DNA of 64,000 nucleotides. It comes from Candidatus Anderseniibacteriota bacterium. GTDB lineage: Bacteria > Patescibacteriota > Andersenbacteria > UBA10190. The notes under the pieces are model-generated. The model had not been told where the DNA came from and did not search any database. It worked only from the letters and a program-made list of their open reading frames with translations. The DNA is taken from assembly GCA_040900375.1 (NCBI GenBank), contig JBBDZC010000018.1:567-64566 (forward strand). Reading direction: 5' to 3'. Position numbers and translations under genes: made by a program. Positions 50,399 to 60,777 of this stretch are shown here, one piece after another. Position 1 is the first letter of the stretch, and each line of letters begins with the position of its first letter.

Positions 50399-51889
50399 TC
50401 ACGAAGGGTGACAGCGCCAAATAACAACTAACGAATCGCGGTCGTAGGGGTTAAAGGGAAAAATCTTGCCCAGGCGGCAATACGTTGCGTAAAAGTTAGC
50501 GTCAAGTAGGCTCGACTGATGCAATTGAAGTTGCTGGGGATTATGGGGATTGAGTCCGCCGAACGTAATGATGGTTTTGACGTGGCCGGCGATAAGTTCG
50601 CTCGTTCTGGTAGGAATATCAAATATTCCAAATTGGAAAAATTTATAGGCGGTCTCCACATAATTTTTGAAAATAGGTCGGCCGGTTTCGAGAGCGATCA
50701 GGGGGGTAACGTAAAACTCGCCGTAGATGGGCTCGGCTTGCTCGGTAACCTGCGCCACATACGCGGTGATGTCCTCTAAATGAGCAATGACGCCCTGCTC
50801 GGCAAAATGGAGGTAATACCACGAAAAAGTAATCATGAGCATTCCTAGAAGGACCGCCGTGACTCCCCTAAATATACGAGGGGTAAGGCGAGCCCGAAGT
50901 AGCTCAAGGGTGGCGCCCCAGCTAAAAGCTAGCCAGGGGGCCGCCATCTTGAGATACAAGAAATAAATATCTTTATACAACAATAAAAAGGTGGTGATGC
51001 TACCAAGTATTAACATACTGATCAGGAGGAGAGATTTGGCGCGAGCTCCGACCGAGGGAGTAGACTGGCGATACCACCAGAACTGCAACAGCCCGAGTAA
51101 TGGTAAGCCGGCAGCAAGCACTATATCGTGCCGAAGAAACATCTGGAAAATGTATTTTTTGGAAAAAACTGCAACCTCGCCAATGTGGCTTAAGAACACA
51201 TTATGCAGGTATAGGTCACCCTGCCACCACCAGAAAAAAATCGTGACCACTCCAAAAATCAGTGTAAAGCCCGCCACGAGACGCCGCGCGAGGGCAGCCT
51301 GCTTGGTGAGGAACAAAAATGCCAGCAAAGGGATAAAGAGCACTACAGCATATACTTTAGTCAGGGCGGCGAGACCGAATAATACGCCACCCAACAGTGG
51401 CCAGCGTTTAAGACTACTGAAAGTCGCGAGCAGACTTAAACTCACCACCAAATGAATATCAGAGACAAAGTCAGTGGTGTGGAGTACTACAAATGAAAAA
51501 AGATACAGCACCGTGGTAAGGAGAGCCACAAGGCGGGAAAAAGCGCCCGCCGCAAGACGATAGATGACCCAGACATCAATAATGGTGAGCCCCACCGGCA
51601 CCAGGTTGAATGATTGCCAACTAAAACCTATAAGACTCCCAATCAGGGCAAAAAAATACGGAATAAACGGCGGTGAAGAGTAAAAGAAATCTCGGTAGGG
51701 AAAACTCCCCTGGGTTATCAAGTAGGCAATGTATATATAAAAATTCCCATCAGAAAAGCGGGGCGCCGAGTTTATAATTTTCGTCACTATGAAAAACACT
51801 ACCGCACCGACAACCACAACGGTGGCACTATGTATGCGAACCGAGGAGAAGCTCGACCACAGGTGTGAGGGGTGACGATCGGCGCGCAT
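50399..51889 (-). CDS. GT-C fold membrane glycosyltransferase (ArnT/PMT/GT87-like)
   Basis: 'RFSDGNFY...QGSFPYRDFFYSSPP', many TM helices, 'GVLFGLAALTK', soluble C-terminal domain. Confidence 0.75.
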   Translation of the reverse strand: MRADRHPSHLWSSFSSVRIHSATVVVVGAVVFFIVTKIINSAPRFSDGNFYIYIAYLITQGSFPYRDFFYSSPPFIPYFFALIGSLIGFSWQSFNLVPVGLTIIDVWVIYRLAAGAFSRLVALLTTVLYLFSFVVLHTTDFVSDIHLVVSLSLLATFSSLKRWPLLGGVLFGLAALTKVYAVVLFIPLLAFLFLTKQAALARRLVAGFTLIFGVVTIFFWWWQGDLYLHNVFLSHIGEVAVFSKKYIFQMFLRHDIVLAAGLPLLGLLQFWWYRQSTPSVGARAKSLLLISMLILGSITTFLLLYKDIYFLYLKMAAPWLAFSWGATLELLRARLTPRIFRGVTAVLLGMLMITFSWYYLHFAEQGVIAHLEDITAYVAQVTEQAEPIYGEFYVTPLIALETGRPIFKNYVETAYKFFQFGIFDIPTRTSELIAGHVKTIITFGGLNPHNPQQLQLHQSSLLDANFYATYCRLGKIFPFNPYDRDSLVVIWRCHPS

Positions 51890-51922
51890 TCAAGAAAAGC
51901 CGGGTCAGTCTAGTGGTATCGC

Positions 51923-53128
51923 TTAGAGGACTAAGACCAAGTTATAAATCGGTAAGAGCACCGCGGCGACCACAATGCCGACGCCAATGCCTAAGATAAT
52001 CACTAGCAGCGGCTCCAAAAAGACAGTCACTGATTCGAGCATTTCTTCAACATCGCGGCGGAAAAAATAGTTTGCTTCTTTAAAAGCTTTTTCAATTTCA
52101 CCGCTACGCTCACCAATACTAACCATGGTAGTGAGCATCGGTGGTATATAGGGCTCATGTTCCCAGACGGAAGAAATACTGGCACCATCTTTAATGGCCA
52201 CGACCGTATCATCAAGAATGTTTTGATAGACCCGATTACCGAGTGATTCCCGGGCTAATTTAAGCGATTCTAGGATAGGCACGTCGCTGCTAAACAGGGT
52301 GTGGAGAATCGACGTCAGCCGGGCCAAATACACTTTAGTAAAAAGTTTGCTCAAGAGCGGGAGCCGCAAGACCCAGGTGCTGATATTATATTGACCCTCG
52401 GGTGTTTTAAGATACGAGCGCAGGAGAAAACCTAAAGCCACCGCGATGAGACCAAAAATATACCAGTAGCCCTGAATGGCATTAGTAATAATAATCAATA
52501 TCCGCGTCGGCAATGGCAGTTGCACTTGGGCTTCTTCAAATAAAGTAACTAGTTGGGGAACGACAAAAATAAACATGAGTAGCACGACAAAGGCGACAGC
52601 GGTGAGGACAAAGGCGGGATACATCAGGGCCGAACGGACTTTGCGCACAAAGAAGTAGTTCTGCTCTAAGTAGTCAGCCATAATTCCCAGCGCGTCGGAG
52701 AGACGACCACTGGCTTCGCCGGTGCGCACTACCCCAATAAAGAAGAGAGAAAAGGCTTCGGGATGTTTGGTCATGGCAATCGAGAGCGCCTCCCCACCTT
52801 CAATATCATATGACATCTCTTGGAGCAGACGATGTAAAGCTGGTTTTTCTACTTGTTTGGTTAAGGCTTGTAAGGCTTGAAGAACCGGCACACCAGCTCG
52901 GATCATGGAGGAGATTTGGCGGCTAAAGAGAATAAGGTCACGGGTGTTAACTTTACCGCCGAGAACGGTCCGATGCAGCAGTGACGTATCATTAAAAATT
53001 TGTAAATCAATCGGCACCAGGCCGTGACTCTGCAGTAACACGGTGGCCCGTTCTTCGGTTTGGGCGCGGAGCTTGCCTTTAACTTCTTTGCCGTCCGCCG
53101 TGCGTGCGCGATAGGAATACTGGGGCAT
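51923..53128 (-). CDS. pilC: Type IV pilus platform protein (GspF family)
   Basis: 'FSRQISSMIRAGVP', 'GEASGRL', 'ALMYP', 'GERSG', 'LEPLL'. Confidence 0.95.
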   Translation of the reverse strand: MPQYSYRARTADGKEVKGKLRAQTEERATVLLQSHGLVPIDLQIFNDTSLLHRTVLGGKVNTRDLILFSRQISSMIRAGVPVLQALQALTKQVEKPALHRLLQEMSYDIEGGEALSIAMTKHPEAFSLFFIGVVRTGEASGRLSDALGIMADYLEQNYFFVRKVRSALMYPAFVLTAVAFVVLLMFIFVVPQLVTLFEEAQVQLPLPTRILIIITNAIQGYWYIFGLIAVALGFLLRSYLKTPEGQYNISTWVLRLPLLSKLFTKVYLARLTSILHTLFSSDVPILESLKLARESLGNRVYQNILDDTVVAIKDGASISSVWEHEPYIPPMLTTMVSIGERSGEIEKAFKEANYFFRRDVEEMLESVTVFLEPLLVIILGIGVGIVVAAVLLPIYNLVLVL

Positions 53129-53221
53129 TAACTACCTCCACTACGTTACTCTGTCATTGAGAGACATTCCGGCCATGCTTGTATGGTAGCAAATTTAGAT
53201 GACCGTGTCCCGTATGCCAAC

Positions 53222-54274
53222 TTAGTGTGTTAAAGTTTTGGCAGTGGAGAAATAAGGGCGAGCATCTTGGAGACGGACCGCGCCGGCATCAACTAGGGCT
53301 TGCAAACTGGCATCGAGAGTCTGCATGCCCACATCAGAGCTCGTTTGAATAATACCCAGAATCTGGTGGACATTACCTTCACGAATAACATTCCGGATCG
53401 CCGTTGTGGCAATCATAATTTCCACCGCGGGAATTCGGCCGCCCTCTAGCCAGGGTAACAAGCGCAAAGAAACAACGCCGGATAAAGTCGTCGAAAGCTG
53501 CGAGCGAATTTGGTGCTGCTGGACCGGCGGAAAAGAATCAATTAAACGCTCAATCGTTTGCCCCGCATCATTCGTGTGCAGGGTAGCAAAGACTAAGTGT
53601 CCTGTTTCCGCGACTGTGATCGCCGTTTGCATCGATTCTAAATCGCGGAGCTCGCCAATCATAATCACGTTAGGATCCTGGCGCAGCGTGGCGCGAATGG
53701 CCGTGGCAAAAGAAGCAGCATCGTGCCCGACTTCGCGTTGGTCAATGATGGATTGCTTGTCCACAAACTGATACTCAATGGGATCCTCTACGGTAATAAT
53801 GTGCTCGCGCCGGCTTTCGTTGATGTAATCGATGAGCGAGGCCATAGTGGTTGATTTACCGTGACCGGCCGGACCGACCACTAACACGAAACCCTGCTTA
53901 AGCTCGGCAAATTGAGTTATCTGGGGCGGCAAGTGCAGTTCCTCCACCGTACGGATGTCTTTGGGAATGAGCCGCAGGGCAGCTGTAATTTCGCCTAAGT
54001 GATAAAAGACATTCACGCGAAAACGGGTACCATCCTGTAAACCATAGGAAAAATCACTCTGTTTTTCTTCGGCAAGTTCTTTAAGCCGCCGCTCTTTGTC
54101 ATTCTTCAGCAGCTCATCTATCATCTGCTGGGCTTCGGCGGAAGCGAGAATCTCGGTGCCGATTGGTTGTAATTGGCCGTCAATTCGAAAAAAAGGAGTT
54201 CGTCCCGCGCTAATGTGGACATCGGACACACCAGCATCTTTTGACTCACGCAACAGGTCATCAATAATACGCAT
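53222..54274 (-). CDS. pilT: Type IV pilus retraction ATPase
   Basis: 'GPAGHGKSTT', 'TVEDPIEY', 'LRQDPNVI.IGELRD', 'AETGHLV.ATLHTN', 'AIRNVIRE'. Confidence 0.95.
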   Translation of the reverse strand: MRIIDDLLRESKDAGVSDVHISAGRTPFFRIDGQLQPIGTEILASAEAQQMIDELLKNDKERRLKELAEEKQSDFSYGLQDGTRFRVNVFYHLGEITAALRLIPKDIRTVEELHLPPQITQFAELKQGFVLVVGPAGHGKSTTMASLIDYINESRREHIITVEDPIEYQFVDKQSIIDQREVGHDAASFATAIRATLRQDPNVIMIGELRDLESMQTAITVAETGHLVFATLHTNDAGQTIERLIDSFPPVQQHQIRSQLSTTLSGVVSLRLLPWLEGGRIPAVEIMIATTAIRNVIREGNVHQILGIIQTSSDVGMQTLDASLQALVDAGAVRLQDARPYFSTAKTLTH

Positions 54275-54310
54275 GGCTGTTTTTTAAAGTTAAGAAAGTA
54301 CGTTAACGGG

Positions 54311-54706
54311 CTACGCGGTTGCTTTTTTGTTTTCCAAAAGCCTGGTGATCTTTTCCACGACTTCTGTAGGCGTGTAGTGAGCTTTGATGATGTAATCATT
54401 GGCACCAAGTTTTATACCACGCTCCACATCGGGTTTTTGTCCTAAATTAGTCAAGAGAATAATAGGTAACTCCTGCGTGCGCTTATCGCGCCGCAGCGCC
54501 TCCAGAATTTCAAAACCATCCATTTTTGGTAAGACAATATCAAGCAGCAGTAGGTTAGGTAGAGGATCTTTTTGGAGTCGTTGCCACGCTGTTTCTCCAT
54601 CCTCGGCAATTTCCACCTGAAAACCCAGGCTCGCTAATTTAGTGTGGTACATGCCTGAAATAAAGGAATCATCTTCGACTAGTAAGATAGATTTTGCGTC
54701 ATTCAT
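54311..54706 (-). CDS. Stand-alone response regulator receiver
   Basis: 'LLVEDD', 'LLLDIVLPKMDG', 'LLTN', 'GANDYIIK'. Confidence 0.92.
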   Translation of the reverse strand: MNDAKSILLVEDDSFISGMYHTKLASLGFQVEIAEDGETAWQRLQKDPLPNLLLLDIVLPKMDGFEILEALRRDKRTQELPIILLTNLGQKPDVERGIKLGANDYIIKAHYTPTEVVEKITRLLENKKATA

Positions 54707-54718
54707 ACAATTATAGAT

Positions 54719-56467
54719 TTAAGTGCCTAGCTGCTCTTCACTAGTTACGCGCATCACATCTTCGTATTGAACCTCGCCCACGAGAGCCTTGAGGAGCCCA
54801 TCTTCACGCATCGTCAGGTTACCTTCCTTCTGTGATACATCTCGTAGTGTATCATATTCTCCCGAGTCATTAATAGCGTTGCGAAAAGCCCGACTAACCG
54901 GAACGGTCTCAAAGATGGCAACACGACCGACTGAGCCGGCCTCGTGACAGGCGGGACAACCAGGACTTTCATAGAGCACTTCGGGCCGCCGTTGATTATT
55001 GTCATTTTTATACTCCGCCGGTACGGCGGCGAGCGCCTGGGTGATCTTTTCCCGCAAACCAGCAGGCATCTTCACTGCCCGCTTGCACTCTTGGCATAGT
55101 TTCGCGACTAGCCGTTGGGCCACGAGCAGCCGAAGCGTAGCCGTGAGCAGAAATGGGTCAATGCCCATATCAACCAAGCGCGGCACTGTCCCGACAGCAT
55201 CATTGGTATGAATTGTGGATAAAACTAAGTGCCCGGTTAACGAGGCATGGACTGACAGCGCCGCGGTATCGCGGTCACGTATTTCCCCTACCATTAAGAT
55301 GTCAGGGTCTTGCCGCAGCAAATTCCGTAAACCAGAAACAAAAGTTAGTCCGATATCGGGTGCAATCTGGGTTTGGTTGATGCCGGGAATATCGTATTCC
55401 ACTGGATCTTCGAGAGTCACAATATTTACATCCTGTGAATTCAGTTGCGTCAACGCCGTAAAGAGCGTGGTTGATTTGCCTGAACCAGTGGGCCCAGAGA
55501 TGAGAATAATACCGTGGGGAGCACGCAAATGCTCTTGCAAAATTTTCTCTTGGGTACCGCGCAAGCCAAGTTGATTAAAGGATGGTGCGCCCTGCGACTT
55601 ATCAAGGATACGGAGTGCTGCTTTTTCACCGTAGGTTGTGGGCATTGTGGAAACACGAAAATCAAAGGAGCGGCCTTCAATGGCGATAGAAAAGCGGCCA
55701 TCCTGCGGCAGGCGCGATTCGTCAATTTTGAGGCTCGATAAGATTTTAATGCGGGAAATGATGGCAGCGTGAATTTTCCGCGGCAGGATTAAAGAGTTAT
55801 GAAGATCACCGTCAATACGGTAGCGAATTCTGACATCTTTTTCTGTTGGTTCGACATGGATATCAGAGGCATGACCTTCAATCGCGTGGCGAATAATCAC
55901 AGCGACGACTTTCGTGATTGGCGCTTCTTCGATAAAACGAGTAATATCTTGGGTTTCTTTGCCGCTGACATCAGTTTGAGCAAGTTCTCTCGTAAAATCT
56001 TTAAGCGCGCCGCCAATCTCGGCTTGGATTTCCGCGGCTCCGCCTAAGGCTTTATTAATCCCCTCTTGCGAGGCTAAGTAAATTTCTGGGTGCAGGCCTT
56101 TCTTTTTGGCAATAAACTTCACCGCTTCTAAAGCCTGGAAATCATCGGGGGATTCCATGGCGATAAGTAATTTAGTCTCCTTCTCGTCAAAAGCAAAAAA
56201 ACGGTAGGTGGCGGCGGCCTGGCGAGAAATAGTCGCCATGGCTTGTTCGTTAATTCTCGTGGATGTCAAATCAATGTATGGTATCCGCAACATTTCGGCG
56301 CGGACTTGGGCTAGCTGTTCGGGATACACCATTTTTTCTTTCAGGAGCACTTCTTCCATGGCCAAACTTTCTTTAGCCATAAGATTGTGAATACGCTCCA
56401 ACTGCGTAGGCTTAATTAAGCCCCGCTCAAGCAGTTTTTGTTCTAGTTGCAATTGGTTATCTGCCAT
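54719..56467 (-). CDS. pilB: Type IV pilus assembly ATPase (GspE/PilB)
   Basis: 'ASDIHVEP', 'RLPQDGR', 'GPTGSGKSTT', 'LRQDPD', 'TGHLVLST.HTN', tetra-Cys motif. Confidence 0.95.
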   Translation of the reverse strand: MADNQLQLEQKLLERGLIKPTQLERIHNLMAKESLAMEEVLLKEKMVYPEQLAQVRAEMLRIPYIDLTSTRINEQAMATISRQAAATYRFFAFDEKETKLLIAMESPDDFQALEAVKFIAKKKGLHPEIYLASQEGINKALGGAAEIQAEIGGALKDFTRELAQTDVSGKETQDITRFIEEAPITKVVAVIIRHAIEGHASDIHVEPTEKDVRIRYRIDGDLHNSLILPRKIHAAIISRIKILSSLKIDESRLPQDGRFSIAIEGRSFDFRVSTMPTTYGEKAALRILDKSQGAPSFNQLGLRGTQEKILQEHLRAPHGIILISGPTGSGKSTTLFTALTQLNSQDVNIVTLEDPVEYDIPGINQTQIAPDIGLTFVSGLRNLLRQDPDILMVGEIRDRDTAALSVHASLTGHLVLSTIHTNDAVGTVPRLVDMGIDPFLLTATLRLLVAQRLVAKLCQECKRAVKMPAGLREKITQALAAVPAEYKNDNNQRRPEVLYESPGCPACHEAGSVGRVAIFETVPVSRAFRNAINDSGEYDTLRDVSQKEGNLTMREDGLLKALVGEVQYEDVMRVTSEEQLGT

Positions 56468-56508
56468 GATTGAGCCTGTGCTTGGATTACTGGACCAGCC
56501 ACCAGCAC

Positions 56509-56790
56509 TTACAAGAAGGGGTTGGCTTTACCGGTAGCCGCAGGCGGTTGAACTGGCAGTGCACCGCTGATAATTAACTGTTTATCAAGAGAAAGATATG
56601 AGGCTGTCTGCAAAAACTGAAGATTAAAACCTGACGTGCTGTCTTCGCTTAGCTCACCAGGTAATGGGCTGGATGGGCCAGTTGGTTGGCTTTGTGAGGG
56701 TAATAAGGAAAGGACAAGGGCGCTGACTAGCGCGGCCGCAATTAAGACAGCCGATAAAATAATTATGACTCGTGTCTGTTTATTGGCCAT
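56509..56790 (-). CDS. Small single-TM pilus-associated protein (PilP position)
   Basis: ATG at 56790 with GGAG SD; TM helix; C-terminal 'GKANPF'. Confidence 0.65.
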   Translation of the reverse strand: MANKQTRVIIILSAVLIAAALVSALVLSLLPSQSQPTGPSSPLPGELSEDSTSGFNLQFLQTASYLSLDKQLIISGALPVQPPAATGKANPFL

Positions 56791-57379
56791 GATTTTCTCC
56801 CCGATGCTTATAAAAGTTAATATCCATGCGCGCGCCGAGTTGATCGAGCGTCGTGGGATCACGTTGCAAGCGCAGGGAAACTACATCCATTAAACGCGCC
56901 GAGCGCTCAAGCTGTTCCAAAAAGAGCCGCAGCTGTTGGTAGGAACCGCGAGCCTCGATATTCACAGCGAGAGGCTCAATGGTAGCAGGCACATTCACTA
57001 ATTCTCCCCGAGCCCGTAAGGCTTGGACTTTACTTTTCTCACCCTCACTATTATTAGCAAGCCCGATAATGGTCACGCCAGTAGTTTCCGCAGTGCGATG
57101 GAAAATCCGTGTCGCATCATCGAGAGCATCATCAGTCGGCAAAACTACGGCTAATTGTTGTTCGTGCTGCTGCTGACGAGTGAGTACCTCTTTCTTTTGA
57201 TCAATCGTTAAGAGAAACTGTTGTTTTTCCACAATGGCTGCCTCCACGCCCGCCACGGCAGCTTGCTGTTCCCGCAAACTTTTCAACATTGGCTGAAAAA
57301 TTGCAAAAATGGCGATAATAGCCACGAGAATTATGCCGGTCAAGAGTAAGTAGGGTAAGTTCAGTGATTGTTTAGCCAT
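56780..57379 (-). CDS. pilO: Type IV pilus alignment protein PilO
   Basis: TM helix + coiled coil + 'RGSYQQLRLFLEQLERSARLMDV'. Confidence 0.85.
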   Translation of the reverse strand: MAKQSLNLPYLLLTGIILVAIIAIFAIFQPMLKSLREQQAAVAGVEAAIVEKQQFLLTIDQKKEVLTRQQQHEQQLAVVLPTDDALDDATRIFHRTAETTGVTIIGLANNSEGEKSKVQALRARGELVNVPATIEPLAVNIEARGSYQQLRLFLEQLERSARLMDVVSLRLQRDPTTLDQLGARMDINFYKHRGENHGQ

Positions 57380-57382
57380 AAC

Positions 57383-57997
57383 CTAGAGACTATTCGGGGG
57401 CAGATTCGGGCGACTACCTTGTAAGGCTTCCGGTGGAAAGTTGAGCGTAGCTTGAAAACTGTAGTTGATTGTCGTCACAGTTCCGTCAGGTGATGCAGTT
57501 TCATTACGGGCAATAGAAGCTAGATCAACAGCTGTAAACATTGTTTTTCGTGTAGGACTTGTGGTCAGACTAGCCAGAGTTTGCGCCACTTCATCAATAT
57601 TAGGGGTATTGCCGCTGACGATCAGTTGGCCTTCCCGAGTCGTCATTTCTAGATCAATCAATACCGTGGGCGCGGGTAAGAGTCGTTCAATTTCTTGCAA
57701 GAGAGGCAGCGGGCTCACGTGCGTGGCCAGCAGTTCCTCAAGAGCATCAATTCGTTCTTCAAACAACGTGATGCGAGTGACATCATCACCAGCTTCGATG
57801 ATTCTTCGCTCTAACCCCTGTAACTGGGCCTGGGATCGAGTTAAGGCTCTAGCAGCACTGGACTGGAGTCCCGCGAGGATACCCCACATGACTACCAGCA
57901 GCACGACAATGCCAATGGATAAACTAAACAATGCTCGCCGGCGCCGGCGAATGGACGCTAGGTAGGCTGTGCCTGGAGCTAAATTAATCGTTGCCAT
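57383..57997 (-). CDS. pilN: Type IV pilus alignment protein PilN
   Basis: 'INLAP' N-terminal motif, TM helix, coiled coil; lies between pilM and pilO. Confidence 0.82.
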   Translation of the reverse strand: MATINLAPGTAYLASIRRRRRALFSLSIGIVVLLVVMWGILAGLQSSAARALTRSQAQLQGLERRIIEAGDDVTRITLFEERIDALEELLATHVSPLPLLQEIERLLPAPTVLIDLEMTTREGQLIVSGNTPNIDEVAQTLASLTTSPTRKTMFTAVDLASIARNETASPDGTVTTINYSFQATLNFPPEALQGSRPNLPPNSL

Positions 57998-58060
57998 ACC
58001 ATATTGTTACAGGGCATCATTAAACTCGACTAGAAGCCGAAGGAAAAAATAATAGACTCA

Positions 58061-59164
58061 TTATACTTTACTAAATCCGCGCTGCGCAAGGCCGACCGCC
58101 ACGGCGTACATGGGACCGAGTTCATGCAAACGGGCATCGAGAGTTTGCGGATATGCTAAACCTCGCCAAGGATTGCCAACCGTGACACTATGGCCAATAA
58201 ACTCGGACCACACGGCAGTTAGTCCGCGCAAGTTAGCGCCGCCGCCAATTAAAACTGTCTTCGTCAGCGCGCGGCCAGCTTTACGTTCATACAACTGCAG
58301 CAGATGTTGGGCTTGATCCAAGATTTTCTGCACCACTTGCATGGCAGCAATCGTTAATTCAGGAGGGGCTTGATTGATTAAGCCAAATTCCACCTTTTTC
58401 TGTTCCGCGGCCGCGGGGGAAAGAGCTAGAGCTTGAGCAATGTTGGCCGAGATGGCACGACCGCCATGCTCAATCGTGTGAGAGACGCGTGGCGTTCCGC
58501 CGTCAATAATGTGGAAGGTGGTAACACGATCGCCGATATCCACAATCATGGCGGAGTCATATTGATTGGTCAGCAAGGATCGTACTAAGGGAAATGTTTC
58601 GACCTCGAGCGCGAAGAGTTCAAGACGCAACAGTTCCATAAGTTTGGTGTAGCGTGTCACCAGGTCCTTCGGCGCCGCGGTAACAAAAACGGGCACGGTT
58701 TGCAGGTTCGACGACGGTGACACAGGCGTAGCGGGCGGGGCGGTAGTCGGTTTTTCATTTTCCATGTGCGGCGGTTGACCAACGCGACTCCACCCTAACA
58801 CCATCTCATCTAAATTAGCCGGGACGACATCACGCGCAGCAAAGTGCACGGCCTTATCCATATCAGGCTCGGGAATATCAGGCAGCGTCAAGACCGTCGA
58901 GAAGACCACGCTTGAAGGCAATGCCGCAATTACCTGGTCCGTTGACACGCTGGCACTATCAAGCATGCGCGATACCACTGCCGCCACGGCGCGGATCTCA
59001 TCTTCGTCATCACCAACAACGTCAGTTAATAAATTAGAGAGATTGGCCTGGGCATACGTGACCACTTCTAAGCGCCGGCGACGATCAATGAGTTCCACTA
59101 CCTTTAAAGAAGAGGTGCCAATATCCAAACCAATATAGGCCGACGAAGAACTGAATAATGCCAT
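58061..59164 (-). CDS. pilM: Type IV pilus assembly protein PilM
   Basis: 'IGLDIGTSSLKVVEL', 'VDIGD', 'LIGGGANL.GL', 'AVAVGLA'; ATG at 59164. Confidence 0.93.
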   Translation of the reverse strand: MALFSSSSAYIGLDIGTSSLKVVELIDRRRRLEVVTYAQANLSNLLTDVVGDDEDEIRAVAAVVSRMLDSASVSTDQVIAALPSSVVFSTVLTLPDIPEPDMDKAVHFAARDVVPANLDEMVLGWSRVGQPPHMENEKPTTAPPATPVSPSSNLQTVPVFVTAAPKDLVTRYTKLMELLRLELFALEVETFPLVRSLLTNQYDSAMIVDIGDRVTTFHIIDGGTPRVSHTIEHGGRAISANIAQALALSPAAAEQKKVEFGLINQAPPELTIAAMQVVQKILDQAQHLLQLYERKAGRALTKTVLIGGGANLRGLTAVWSEFIGHSVTVGNPWRGLAYPQTLDARLHELGPMYAVAVGLAQRGFSKV

Positions 59165-59241
59165 AGGAAAACCTTGCCAATGAAAGTACTCCGAGTATAC
59201 CATGAAGCTATAAGTTAATTTGATATTATTGCCCTACGTAT

Positions 59242-59805
59242 ATGTCGCCCCTGTGGATTGTTATCAGTGTGCTGGTCGTTTTGGGAGGATGGTTTCTCGT
59301 TGCCTACAATTCTTTAGTCCGTCGTAATAATCAGGTTAAGGAAGCCTGGAGTGATATTGATGTGCAGCTCAAACGGCGCCATAACCTTATTCCTAATTTA
59401 GTAGAGACTGTTAAAGGTTACGCGCAGCATGAACGCGAGGCATTTGATTCGGTCACCAAAGCGCGGGCCCAAGCTTTGGGGGCAAGTACGCCGGCCGAGC
59501 ACGCTCAAGCTGAAAACATGCTCACAAATTCGCTCAAGTCCCTCTTTGCCGTGGCGGAAGCTTATCCAGAACTTAAAGCCAACACGAATTTTCTCGAGCT
59601 GCAACGAGAATTAGCTGACACAGAAAATAAAGTGATGGCGGCGCACCGGTTTTATAACAGCAATGTGCGTGACTACAACACGGTTGTCCAGTCAGTGCCC
59701 ACGAATGTCATCGCCAGTCTCTTTGGCTTTAAGGAGCATGAATTCTTCGAATTGGATGACGAGGCCGCGCGCTCGGTGCCAAACATCAGCTTCACAAATA
59801 AATAG
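59242..59805 (+). CDS. lemA: LemA family protein
   Basis: 'YNSLV', 'AWSDIDVQLKRR..LIPNLVETVKGY', 'EAYPELKA..NF'. Confidence 0.96.
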   Translation: MSPLWIVISVLVVLGGWFLVAYNSLVRRNNQVKEAWSDIDVQLKRRHNLIPNLVETVKGYAQHEREAFDSVTKARAQALGASTPAEHAQAENMLTNSLKSLFAVAEAYPELKANTNFLELQRELADTENKVMAAHRFYNSNVRDYNTVVQSVPTNVIASLFGFKEHEFFELDDEAARSVPNISFTNK

Positions 59806-59824
59806 GCAATTACCCCTGCTCACT

Positions 59825-59845
59825 AAAGCGCGTTGCGCTTTTTTT
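59825..59845 (+). terminator. Intrinsic terminator/attenuator after lemA
   Basis: aaagcgc-gtt-gcgcttt followed by tttt. Confidence 0.55.
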
Positions 59846-59883
59846 GGTGCTAGTTATGCTTCTAATTACTATTGCTAGCAACT

Positions 59884-60777
59884 ATGGCGACGCTCTACGA
59901 ACAGATCAGTACAAACAAAATTAGATCATTCATCTTAATGGTCGTGGTCTTAGTGGTGGTCATTGGCCTCGTGGGACTCTACTCCTACGCGGTCCGGGGC
60001 GATTTATCGCTGCCAATCCTCGCCGCCATTATCGCCATTCCCAGCGCCCTCATTGGTTACTTCGCGGGTGATAAAATTGCGTTGGCCAGCAACGGCGCCA
60101 AGCCGCTGCCTGATGAAGCGGCACCTGATCTTCATAATGTGATCGAGAATCTGGCCATTACCGCCGGCATTCCGAAACCAAAGCTCTACCTCATTGATTC
60201 ACCGGCGCTCAATGCGTTTGCTACAGGCCGAGATCCTAAGCACGCCTCCATCGCGGTCACACGGGGATTAGTTGAGCGCTTGGAACGCAGCGAACTGGAA
60301 GGCGTCTTAGCCCACGAGCTGGCCCACGTCAAAAATTATGATATTCGCTTTGGCACCTTAGTAGCGATCTTTGTGGGCTTTGTGGTGATTCTGGCTGATC
60401 TTTTTATGCGCGCTTCGTTGTGGGGCGGTTTGCGCACGCGTGGTGACCGCGAGCACGGGCAAGCCGGTGGTATTCTAGCACTGGTGGGTCTCGTGTTGCT
60501 GATCGTCTCTCCGATTATCGTCAAACTGATTCAACTGGCCGTCTCGCGGCAGCGAGAATATTTAGCGGACGCTTCGGGAGCGCTCTTAACACGCTACCCG
60601 GAAGGGTTGGCCTCCGCCCTAGAAAAAATCAGTGCCTCGCCCCCTCTGGAAACCGCCGGCAATGCGACGGCGCATTTGTATATTGCCAATCCCTTCCGGG
60701 CACGCACTATCGCGCACCTCTTTGCCACTCATCCCCCTATTGAAGAACGGATCCGACGACTGCGCGAGTCAGTCTAG
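59884..60777 (+). CDS. htpX: M48 zinc metalloprotease HtpX
   Basis: 'NAFATGR', 'HELAH', 'SRQREYLAD', 'THPPIEERI'. Confidence 0.95.
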   Translation: MATLYEQISTNKIRSFILMVVVLVVVIGLVGLYSYAVRGDLSLPILAAIIAIPSALIGYFAGDKIALASNGAKPLPDEAAPDLHNVIENLAITAGIPKPKLYLIDSPALNAFATGRDPKHASIAVTRGLVERLERSELEGVLAHELAHVKNYDIRFGTLVAIFVGFVVILADLFMRASLWGGLRTRGDREHGQAGGILALVGLVLLIVSPIIVKLIQLAVSRQREYLADASGALLTRYPEGLASALEKISASPPLETAGNATAHLYIANPFRARTIAHLFATHPPIEERIRRLRESV

